A DNA stretch of 64,000 nt from the NCBI GenBank assembly GCA_963727255.1, contig CAVSFC010000001.1, positions 14,454 to 78,453 of the forward strand. Direction: 5' to 3'. The DNA is from an uncultured bacterium. Lineage in GTDB: Bacteria > Babelota > Babeliae > Babelales > Vermiphilaceae. Below, one piece after another: positions 49,415-58,084 of the stretch. The notes below the pieces were generated by a model. The model made no database searches. It was not told the DNA's origin and saw only the letters and a list, made by a program, of their open reading frames with translations. Position numbers and translations under genes: made by a program. How positions within the stretch are numbered: position 1 is the stretch's first letter; each line of letters opens with the position of its first letter.

Positions 49415-50520
49415 TTACCAACTTTTACTGCTTCGATAGCCGAAAGCATTGAACCGGGAATAGGCGTAATTTTATCAAGTTTTAATCCTGAAACTTCAAA
49501 CAACTTTTCAAAATCTTTTTTGGTTCGTTCTTTACCGCCAAAAATAACCATCATGATAATATCAATATCTTTACTAATATCATATGATGAGCCTTCGGGA
49601 ACTATACAATCAAGAATGAGTAACCGTGCATTATCACCCATTGCATTATGGCAGTTTTGCAAGATCTTAATGCATACTTCATCATTCCAGTCATGTAAAA
49701 TTCGTTTTAAAATATAAAGATCGCCACCTGAAACAACAGACTCTAAGAAACTGCCTGTTATTATTTGAATACGATTAGTCAATCCCTTGCTGGTAACATA
49801 TTCTTGGGCAAGATTTGCCAAATGTGGCAATTCATAGAGAACACCTTGAATCTTTTTGTTTTTTTCAAGAATAGCAGTAAGAAATCCGCCTACTCCACCA
49901 CCAACATCAACAATATGATTAAAGGGTGAAAAATTAAATGTAGAAGCAATGAGCTTGTTTTCTGCTTCAGAAAGTGTTGCCATGCCACGGTCGAATTGTT
50001 CAGATCGCTTTTTGTCATGTGCAATATAATCAAAATACCCTTCACCAAAAAGGTGATTAAATGTAGAGTTACCCGTTTGAAGGGTATATGCCATTTTTCC
50101 ATATGATTGCCAACGCGCATCGTCTTCATGTAGTAAAAATCCATGCAATGATTGAGGATGAGTGGTTGTTAAAAGTTGTGCTACATCATTTAAGGCAAAT
50201 GAGTTGTTCACGCTTTGGGTAAACACACCATGGGCTGCAAGCATTCTTAATAATCTATGAACTGCTTCCGCATTCAGATTAAGTTTTTCTGCAATCTCTT
50301 GAGCTGTTTTTTCCCCATCGCGAAGCTGATCGGCTATATTTAATTCTGCAACAACATATAAAGCACGAGATATTAAAAACCCATCCGCTAAACTTATTAA
50401 ACGGTCTACCGGTGTAATTTGTTTTTGACGTTTTTCAATGATGCGCATTGTGAACATGCCAAAGGCAAACAAGATGCCACTAGCTACTATTTTTAATGCA
50501 ATATTAATAGATGAATTCAT
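49411..50520 (-). CDS. SAM-dependent O-methyltransferase (Methyltransf_2 with dimerisation domain), N-terminal TM helix
   Basis: VDVGGGVG, KRILHDW, GGKERT; probable start 50520. Confidence 0.92.
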   Translation of the reverse strand: MNSSINIALKIVASGILFAFGMFTMRIIEKRQKQITPVDRLISLADGFLISRALYVVAELNIADQLRDGEKTAQEIAEKLNLNAEAVHRLLRMLAAHGVFTQSVNNSFALNDVAQLLTTTHPQSLHGFLLHEDDARWQSYGKMAYTLQTGNSTFNHLFGEGYFDYIAHDKKRSEQFDRGMATLSEAENKLIASTFNFSPFNHIVDVGGGVGGFLTAILEKNKKIQGVLYELPHLANLAQEYVTSKGLTNRIQIITGSFLESVVSGGDLYILKRILHDWNDEVCIKILQNCHNAMGDNARLLILDCIVPEGSSYDISKDIDIIMMVIFGGKERTKKDFEKLFEVSGLKLDKITPIPGSMLSAIEAVKVGK

Positions 50521-50601
50521 GGTTTTTTTACCTTTTAATAACATATATTTGTGATCATTTTAGTATACAATTTTTAATTTCGTAGAGGTGAAAATCTTTT
50601 G

Positions 50602-51489
50602 CTAATTTGCATATGCATGTTGCTTTTGCTGCACTATAAGCGCACGCGCTTCTTCTTCCGATAACCATTCTTCATGCTCAACCAAATATTTGAGCTGAAA
50701 TTCAGCAACTTCTTTATTCAGTTCGCCGGGAACAAAATCAGCACCTTTGTAATGATATCCGTGGAACGGGATTTTTCGTTTTTGCATTTCTTGTGCAACT
50801 GATTCTACTCGTTCCAGATTATCATCAAAGAAAACAACTTGATCAGGTTTCCATTGAATGCGATCAAGGAATGCTCCCAATACTTGGCCCTTTGATATTT
50901 GAATGGTGCATAATATGCCATGGTAAAGCATAGGGAAATGACCTTCTTCTTGCGGTAACTCATCAAAAGTCATATCAGGAAAATTTGTCTTGCTGAAATC
51001 AATGCCAAGCTCTTTGAGCTTATTAAGCCGCCACTCGGGTACTGAGGGGATAGTAAAATAAGCGCCTGTCCATAGAGCAGTCAGTGCAAGCACTTTAACT
51101 CCACGATCTTGCAAGGATGTAATGGTTTGGACAATGTTTTTCTCAATAAGGAGCGGAACTTCTTGGCTTTGCAAAATACTCAAATAATAATCTACCGAAT
51201 GCTTTGCATTTGCAAAAACAGTGGAGAACAATTCTCCTATCCAGGGGCCATCGTTTTCATTGGCAATTTTAGAACGAAATAATACACTTGCAGGCTCAAT
51301 CAAGGTATCGTCAACATCAAAAAGAACCAGGCTATTTTTATCGGTGGCAGCAAGAGCATCTGTCGCTTGGGCGAAAGAATCAATTTGCGTAATATTGTAA
51401 GCTGGTGCTTTTTGCATGTACAACAAAGTGAAGACTAATATGCCCGATGCAAGAATGCCCGCTATGGCTAAATTTTTACCAATTTTCAT
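50602..51489 (-). CDS. DUF2608 family HAD-like protein
   Basis: LVLFDVDDTL and VFFDD; signal peptide. Confidence 0.85.
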   Translation of the reverse strand: MKIGKNLAIAGILASGILVFTLLYMQKAPAYNITQIDSFAQATDALAATDKNSLVLFDVDDTLIEPASVLFRSKIANENDGPWIGELFSTVFANAKHSVDYYLSILQSQEVPLLIEKNIVQTITSLQDRGVKVLALTALWTGAYFTIPSVPEWRLNKLKELGIDFSKTNFPDMTFDELPQEEGHFPMLYHGILCTIQISKGQVLGAFLDRIQWKPDQVVFFDDNLERVESVAQEMQKRKIPFHGYHYKGADFVPGELNKEVAEFQLKYLVEHEEWLSEEEARALIVQQKQHAYAN

Positions 51490-51534
51490 TATTTAGTTTT
51501 CTCCATAGAAATATCCGGTTTCCGGCACTTTTGT

Positions 51535-52917
51535 TTACAACTTCTTTGCTTGTATATCTTTTTCTTGATGCAAGATTAAATCAGTAATAATGCCAGCATC
51601 ATTTTTGATGAAGCTTACCGTTGAATCCATTTCTGTGTGAAAAAAATCTGTTTCAGATTCAGGGCGTAAGAGAAATTTAACCTTTTCTTCATATCCCTTG
51701 TTGGTAATATATAGTTTATTATTTTGCTTAAAGATAATGATTTCAGGCCCTACTTCATCTTTATAACTGCCCACGTAGTTATCCAGCAATGATGGATCAA
51801 GCGTAATTTCTATATGCTTTTTAGGCATGCGGTATGGTTTATCAAACATAATGTCTGTTAACGCTTTGGAAATTGTTCCGATTGAAGAGAAGTCAAAATT
51901 GCTCAAGATGATAATTGCAATGTTATTATCAACATAGCGAATGATATTGGTTGAAAAACCATCAATGCCTCCCTCATGGGTAATACACAGAAGGTCGCAA
52001 TCGCGATTAATGATGAACCCATATCCATAATGCTCCTTGCATTCACCTTCTGTTGTACATGGCATATGGCTCTGCATCATAGCGTCTAATGATTTTTTGT
52101 GTATAAGTTTTTCGGTGTATAATGCGCGGTCCCATTTGTACATGTCTTCTACCGTGGAATAAAGTCCACCGGCCCCTGATGGGCCTGACATATCAAGGTA
52201 GGCTGCATTTTTGATGACACCATTATCTTTTGAATATCCGGAAGCTCGTTTTTTTAGAATGGTGCTGTTGTGCGCATATCCACTCTCATTCATTCCAAGT
52301 GGCTTAAAGATATTCTCTTGCATAAATTCTTCATACGTTTTTCCGGATACCTTTTCAATAATGTAAGTAAGGATCACATAGCCAGAATTGCTGTAGGAGA
52401 ATTTCTTTCCAGGGGTAAATTCAAGCGGTTTTGTTTTTACCAGATCGATAATTGCTGCCGGGTTTGTTGGTTGTATTTTTAGCTTGTTCCAATCAGGTAG
52501 GGAAGTATAGCTGAATATTCCTGAGCTATGGGTTAGAAGGTGATGAAGAGTAATTTCATTGCCACGGGGAAAATCAGGAATAAACTTTGATAATGGATCA
52601 TTTACATCGAGTAAACCACGTTCTTGCAGTTGCATAATGCCCATTGCGGTAAATTGTTTGCTTATAGATGCCAGCTTAAATTTAGCAGAAGTGGTATTGG
52701 GGACATCCAGCTCATAATTGGCCATGCCATACCCTTTGCTGAGGATTATTTTACCATCTTTTGCTACCAAGATAGCGCCGCTAAACCACCCCAGGTCAGT
52801 TTGTGCCTGCATATACCGATTTATTTGATGCGCATATGGATTTGCCCAGATACTTTTAATGATGGCAAAGCTTAACATTGCCAGCAGGAGACCGCTCAGA
52901 ATTAATTTGTGTGTCAT
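51535..52917 (-). CDS. Serine hydrolase (beta-lactamase class C-like) with DUF3471-like tail
   Basis: SISK, LLTHSSG, YSNSGY and HEGG motifs. Confidence 0.92.
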   Translation of the reverse strand: MTHKLILSGLLLAMLSFAIIKSIWANPYAHQINRYMQAQTDLGWFSGAILVAKDGKIILSKGYGMANYELDVPNTTSAKFKLASISKQFTAMGIMQLQERGLLDVNDPLSKFIPDFPRGNEITLHHLLTHSSGIFSYTSLPDWNKLKIQPTNPAAIIDLVKTKPLEFTPGKKFSYSNSGYVILTYIIEKVSGKTYEEFMQENIFKPLGMNESGYAHNSTILKKRASGYSKDNGVIKNAAYLDMSGPSGAGGLYSTVEDMYKWDRALYTEKLIHKKSLDAMMQSHMPCTTEGECKEHYGYGFIINRDCDLLCITHEGGIDGFSTNIIRYVDNNIAIIILSNFDFSSIGTISKALTDIMFDKPYRMPKKHIEITLDPSLLDNYVGSYKDEVGPEIIIFKQNNKLYITNKGYEEKVKFLLRPESETDFFHTEMDSTVSFIKNDAGIITDLILHQEKDIQAKKL

Positions 52918-52936
52918 ACTTTTTCCTCGATAGTTC

Positions 52937-54178
52937 CTATAGCCTTGTTTTCACTTTTACGCTTAATTCCGGCATCTGTTCAATCATATTAATAAATTGA
53001 GATCGATCTTTATTCTTGAGGTATACATCAAAAAAATCAACTACAAGTTTTCGTGTGATTTCTATGCCTCTTAATGGAGCAATAGTATCCGGTAGTTTTG
53101 GCAATAAGAAAGGATAATCACTAAAGGTTCCATGATTTGCTTTTGCAATAACTGCCCAATATGCATCATTGGTAAGATTGTTAAATAATGTATAACTAAA
53201 GGCTGTGTATATTTGGCCATATCGTTCAACATACGCTTTGTCGCCAATTGATACACAATCCAGAGATTTATCTGCTAGCAAGAACATGAAGGGTTTATCA
53301 AAAGGTATTTTAGCACCTTCCCCACGGAGGGCTCCATCAATAACTATGCCTGCTTTGCATCTCTTGTCCCGGCGACACATTTGTGCTGCCGCAGCTCCAC
53401 CAAAAGAATGGCCAAATATGCCAATTCGTGACAAATCAAATTTTGAGGTTAATAGATTATGTGGGTCATTCTTAGTAATTTTTTCTAATTCATTCAGAAC
53501 AAATTGTATATCGCCTACCCATTTCTCCATATTTTTTGAAAGCATTTCTTCAAACATTTTTTGAATTTGATCTTTGTCAGTTACGCCTTCTGGAGGCATT
53601 CGGTTTGAATCTTGGGCTCTCACTACTCTGCCACCAGGAAAAATAGTAACGAGATTGTCATAGGTATGATCGATTCCCACGACAATATAACCATGACTTG
53701 CCAAATCTTCTAAGATGCTGGTGAAAGTTCGCGCAACATGCATACCAAGACCATGAGAAAAAACGAGTACTGGATATTGAGGTTGGGTGTTGGAAATTGG
53801 AGCATTATACATGCTATGGGTTTTAATTGGCATATCAAGATTGCTCAATTGTTCTAAAGGTATATTATCACATTCAAAAGTGGCTGTTTTAAGGTATGGC
53901 ATGACTTGAGCGAGGTAGGGGTATGGTTCGCCTTTAGTGTCCCGAGAAGGGTACCAAATATGTACCATCAGTTCCCGGAAAGCTTCAGGATTTTTTGATT
54001 CAGTATCTTTTCTTTTTTTATCAATAAAATGATACTCAGTGGTGCCCACAGCAAATGGGCCTGTTGGCGCGGGAAGTTTTATTGCAGGTGGTGATGCCTT
54101 GTGCATACAGAATAAGGTAAATAACGCCAAGCTAAGTACTGCGGCACTCAAAACCAAAACTATTTTACGTATCTTCAT
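52937..54178 (-). CDS. Secreted alpha/beta hydrolase (PAF-acetylhydrolase-like; paralogue of 27258..28538)
   Basis: GHSFGG, FSHG and HGTFSD motifs. Confidence 0.9.
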   Translation of the reverse strand: MKIRKIVLVLSAAVLSLALFTLFCMHKASPPAIKLPAPTGPFAVGTTEYHFIDKKRKDTESKNPEAFRELMVHIWYPSRDTKGEPYPYLAQVMPYLKTATFECDNIPLEQLSNLDMPIKTHSMYNAPISNTQPQYPVLVFSHGLGMHVARTFTSILEDLASHGYIVVGIDHTYDNLVTIFPGGRVVRAQDSNRMPPEGVTDKDQIQKMFEEMLSKNMEKWVGDIQFVLNELEKITKNDPHNLLTSKFDLSRIGIFGHSFGGAAAAQMCRRDKRCKAGIVIDGALRGEGAKIPFDKPFMFLLADKSLDCVSIGDKAYVERYGQIYTAFSYTLFNNLTNDAYWAVIAKANHGTFSDYPFLLPKLPDTIAPLRGIEITRKLVVDFFDVYLKNKDRSQFINMIEQMPELSVKVKTRL

Positions 54179-54374
54179 GAATAAGCCATCCCCTCATATT
54201 GTTATAAAGCCTTTCAGATACCATACTATACTTGGTTGAAAGCTTACAATAAAAAAACTTATCGCTATCACTCTATAGGCAAAATAATCACAGTTACAAT
54301 TGTAACATTCTTAATTATTTTGATAATCTTGTGATATAAAAATCTTATTAAAACACACTATTCCAGAGTTATGT

Positions 54375-55031
54375 ATGAATCACATTGAGATTGAACTTCG
54401 GTATGAAGTTCTTAAGCCAGAACAACTTTCTTCATTTTTAGCCTCTTTTGAAAAATTACACCAAAAGCATGATGTTGATGTCTATCTAGATAATCCACAG
54501 GCGCTGCTGTATCAAAAAGGTATTTTTATTCGCATCCGCAATGAAAAAAAATTAGATATCAAATTTAATCGCGCGTGCTTAGATAACCCTGATCTTGCAA
54601 TTCAAGATTACTGTGAAGAGCATAGCTTTGCATTGCCATTGCAAGAAAAAAATCTTTCTAGAATTAATGAATTACTAGTGAGCCTACAATTACAACCATC
54701 ACCAATTGCAGATCTTGAGGAACTTAAAAAAACCAACAATTTTTTTGAGCATTATCGAGTTGATAAAGTACGCACTTCATACTCGCATAATTCATTCACG
54801 ATTGCCGTTGATGAAGTTGTCGATTTAGGAACTTTTCTTGAAATCGAACTTATGGCGCAAGATACGCAAAATCTTGAAGAAGTAAAACAAGAAATGGTAC
54901 TGTTTATTGCTGGCCTCAAGTTGCGGCCATTAAGAACAGGATATGGCACCTTACTTTTGCGCAAAAAAGATTTTGAGCATTATTTGCTGGGCAGATTTGT
55001 TTTAGAAGAAGATAAGATGTATCGAAAATGA
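54375..55031 (+). CDS. CYTH-domain protein (paralogue of 38983..39645)
   Basis: IEIELRY; 410-bp tract identical to the first copy. Confidence 0.88.
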   Translation: MNHIEIELRYEVLKPEQLSSFLASFEKLHQKHDVDVYLDNPQALLYQKGIFIRIRNEKKLDIKFNRACLDNPDLAIQDYCEEHSFALPLQEKNLSRINELLVSLQLQPSPIADLEELKKTNNFFEHYRVDKVRTSYSHNSFTIAVDEVVDLGTFLEIELMAQDTQNLEEVKQEMVLFIAGLKLRPLRTGYGTLLLRKKDFEHYLLGRFVLEEDKMYRK

Positions 55032-55450
55032 GCATGAAGAAAAAAATCGTTAAAGCGTTACTTTTTTATGATAACCAATTACTTCTTCTTGAACGCGCAG
55101 GAAAATTATTTCATGGCATGGAAGATTTGCCGGGCGGAAAGCTTGAGCCCGATGAATTGCCTATTCCCGGGTTAATGCGAGAAATCAAAGAAGAAACGCA
55201 ATTGGATGTTAGTGAGCTTTTTCCTATCGCAACGCATGAATGGGAAGGGCCAGATGGAAGACAATTTCTTGAGTATCTCTATTGCGCTGTTGTTGATACC
55301 AATGATGTTGTGCTAAATCCGGAAGAACATTGTGGCTTCAGATGGATTCCACTTGAGCAAATTGAAAGCAGCAAGATACATTCAAAAATCAAAGAGCTGA
55401 TTTTGGCCAATATGGGTAAGATCAAAGCGGCGCTCGCAAACAATCATTAA
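55028..55450 (+). CDS. NUDIX hydrolase
   Basis: PGGKLEPDE..GLMREIKEETQL. Confidence 0.92.
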   Translation: MSMKKKIVKALLFYDNQLLLLERAGKLFHGMEDLPGGKLEPDELPIPGLMREIKEETQLDVSELFPIATHEWEGPDGRQFLEYLYCAVVDTNDVVLNPEEHCGFRWIPLEQIESSKIHSKIKELILANMGKIKAALANNH

Positions 55451-55465
55451 AGAAAAGAGAATTCC

Positions 55466-56413
55466 ATGGATAAGCTATTGTTATTGTCTCTTCTTGGCCC
55501 AATGCCAGCAAAGGTTCCTTTGCAGCCAAAAGTTATCGAATCAGTTGATTGTGGATCGTATATTCGCCATAAGGTTGAATATTATGCTGAAGCTCATGAC
55601 CGTATTCCTGCCTACTTGCTTATTCCCAAAAACCTCAAAAAACCTGCTCCTGCAGTGTATTGCTTTCACCAACATGCGGGGAATTTCGCCTTAGGCAAAA
55701 GCGAAGTTGTAGGATTAGCCGGTGATCCTGATCAAGCAATTGCTGTTGAACTTGCTGAACGCGGTTACATTACATTTGCGCCCGATGCTATCGCTTTTGA
55801 AGAACGAAATTGGACAGAAGATAAATCAGGCAGAGCCGAGTATTTTGAATTGGCCACACGGTTGGCAAAAGGCCAAACCTTATTAGCAAAAGTTTTGCAC
55901 GATGTATCTGTTGGTATAGATTACTTGGAAAGCAGGCCCGAAGTAGATAAAAATAGAATTGGATTTATAGGCCATTCGTATGGCGGACGTATGGCGCTCT
56001 GGGCTCCTGTTTTTGATAGAAGAATTAAAGTTTCAGTATCAAACTGTGGATGCGTTAACTATAAAGACTCTCTTTCGCGAGATATTGGAATCCAGATGGA
56101 ATTCTGCGTGCCCAATATTCTGAAACATGGAGATATTGAAGATGTGGTGAGATTGGTTGCACCAACACCACTTTATATTTCAGCTACCGATGACGATAAA
56201 TATAGTAAAAACGCACAATATATTTACGACTATGCACAGTCTGCGTTTGTTGGAAGTGAGTTAGAACTGAAAATATGGCCGGGCAAGCATGTGTTTACCA
56301 AAGAGATGCGGGAAGAGGCCTATAAATTTTTAGACAAATATTTGACTTTGAAATGCGCATCATTACACTTATTGGCAGTTTTATTTCTCAATCAATTCCA
56401 CAACATTCGTTGA
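55466..56413 (+). CDS. Dienelactone hydrolase-like alpha/beta hydrolase
   Basis: IPAYLLIP, ELAERGY, GHSYGG and GKHVF motifs. Confidence 0.88.
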   Translation: MDKLLLLSLLGPMPAKVPLQPKVIESVDCGSYIRHKVEYYAEAHDRIPAYLLIPKNLKKPAPAVYCFHQHAGNFALGKSEVVGLAGDPDQAIAVELAERGYITFAPDAIAFEERNWTEDKSGRAEYFELATRLAKGQTLLAKVLHDVSVGIDYLESRPEVDKNRIGFIGHSYGGRMALWAPVFDRRIKVSVSNCGCVNYKDSLSRDIGIQMEFCVPNILKHGDIEDVVRLVAPTPLYISATDDDKYSKNAQYIYDYAQSAFVGSELELKIWPGKHVFTKEMREEAYKFLDKYLTLKCASLHLLAVLFLNQFHNIR

Positions 56414-56422
56414 AGGAGCTTT

Positions 56423-56806
56423 ATGATTTCGTCTAAAGTTTTAGCACTCAGCCTATTGCTCGTTTCTCCATTCGCACTTGCCCGCGTTCAATTGCACACT
56501 CAAGCAGAACTTAAGAATTCAAAACAGTGTAGTAATCATAGCACCGATATTACCTTTCAAATTGATGCACATGAATCTTTAGAAGTATATAATCATGGTA
56601 ATGTGAAAGTAGTAGCAGAACTATTAGCTGAAGAAGAAGCTAACGCGACTGCATGCTTTAGCATTTATGCAAAAAATAGTGCTGGTGAATATGAAAAGAT
56701 ATCAGCGCCGGTTATAGTTACTAATTACACTGAACCTGCGATGATCTCCCTGGGTTCTTCTGATGGGGAAATTTTTACAATGACCGTAAGTGCTCAGAAA
56801 ATATAA
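56423..56806 (+). CDS. Secreted hypothetical protein
   Basis: AGGAG RBS; signal peptide ALA. Confidence 0.75.
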   Translation: MISSKVLALSLLLVSPFALARVQLHTQAELKNSKQCSNHSTDITFQIDAHESLEVYNHGNVKVVAELLAEEEANATACFSIYAKNSAGEYEKISAPVIVTNYTEPAMISLGSSDGEIFTMTVSAQKI

Positions 56807-56824
56807 CTTTTATTGATGTTTTAG

Positions 56825-56852
56825 AGGGGTGGAAATTCCACCCCTTTTTTTT
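56825..56852 (+). terminator. Rho-independent terminator
   Basis: AGGGGTGGA-AAT-TCCACCCCT followed by a T run. Confidence 0.9.
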
Positions 56853-56965
56853 ATTAGAATGATATTTTGCAAAATATTAATTGCAAGTAATAAGGGGTTA
56901 AAAACAAACCAAAGATATTCTGAAAATTAATAACAATTCTCTCTTATAAAGAAAGAGCAAAATTC

Positions 56966-57310
56966 ATGAATAAATTTATTATTGTGTGCAGCTCGTTGTT
57001 GATCGCAGGCCAATCCTATTCAATGGGAGCATGGTTTTTAGGCCCAAATGAATCGAAACTTCAAAGCATGCGAGAAGAACGCGAAAGAAATAAGGAAAGT
57101 GAAATCAGAACTGCACTTGAGGGGATGACTACTGAGGCAAAAGCTAGGGATAAATATGAGGAAGAATATTTGAACGTACTCGATGGCGCCAATTTTTCAG
57201 TTCAAATAAAAAAAGAAAATGCTACATCGAAAATTCAGTATGAGTTGAGTTGTGTTCAACCAATGGTAGAAAAACGGGTTCAAGATATTATCAGCAAACT
57301 CCCTCAGTAA
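56966..57310 (+). CDS. Secreted hypothetical protein
   Basis: Signal SYS-MG; charged helical body. Confidence 0.7.
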   Translation: MNKFIIVCSSLLIAGQSYSMGAWFLGPNESKLQSMREERERNKESEIRTALEGMTTEAKARDKYEEEYLNVLDGANFSVQIKKENATSKIQYELSCVQPMVEKRVQDIISKLPQ

Positions 57311-57347
57311 AAGAGGAGTTAATCCCCGAAGCATAGCTCACTATTTG

Positions 57348-57857
57348 TTATTGGCAATAATATTTTTTCAGCAACCAAATAAGTCCCTTTGCAAGTTTAT
57401 CGGTATCTTTTTTTGCTAAAATTTCATGGGGCAGAAGCCAATATAGTTCACAAAAATCTTCGCGATTATAATTTAATTCATTTTCATTAACTTGCACTTC
57501 ATAAATGGCTTTGAAAATTCCTCCATAGTTGGTTTGCCATCCTTCATGCGGCTTATGAATCCCAAGATATCTTAATTCATGATCCTTAACATCTAAGTTC
57601 ACTTCTTCTGCAATTTCTCTTTTGATCGCCTGCTCATAAGTTTCACCGCTTTGAACTCCTCCCCCCACCAGTGCAAGATGCAAAGGGCTATAGTATTTAT
57701 CGGCAGTGCGACGCAGAATTGCATGTTTGCCTTCATGATTCACGATAAAGGCAAGGACAATGCGCGTGTAAATGTGCTTTTCAAGTATTTCTGAGCGATT
57801 AATAACCCCGATTACCTGATCATGTTCATTAACGATATCAACTAATTCATCATACAT
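57348..57857 (-). CDS. NUDIX hydrolase (Idi/YfcD-like)
   Basis: Probable start 57857 (GAGG RBS); ELVDIVN..D.VIG and GGGVQSGETYEQAIKREIAEEV. Confidence 0.88.
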   Translation of the reverse strand: MYDELVDIVNEHDQVIGVINRSEILEKHIYTRIVLAFIVNHEGKHAILRRTADKYYSPLHLALVGGGVQSGETYEQAIKREIAEEVNLDVKDHELRYLGIHKPHEGWQTNYGGIFKAIYEVQVNENELNYNREDFCELYWLLPHEILAKKDTDKLAKGLIWLLKKYYCQ

Positions 57858-58084
57858 AGGAACCTCAAATATATATCTTAATAATAGCATTTTTGCCAAA
57901 AAAGTTGTTTTTTGAATAAATAGGCGTAGTATAAAAATTGGGCCTTTATAGAAGGAAACCGGTTTTCTAGAGCCCAATCGTTGAACTCTTCGTGATGACA
58001 TTATTACTATAATCTCACTATGATTTCCGATTGGATAGCACTCCTACAATCTTTTTAACCGTTTTTCTTATTTGAAGGACACGT

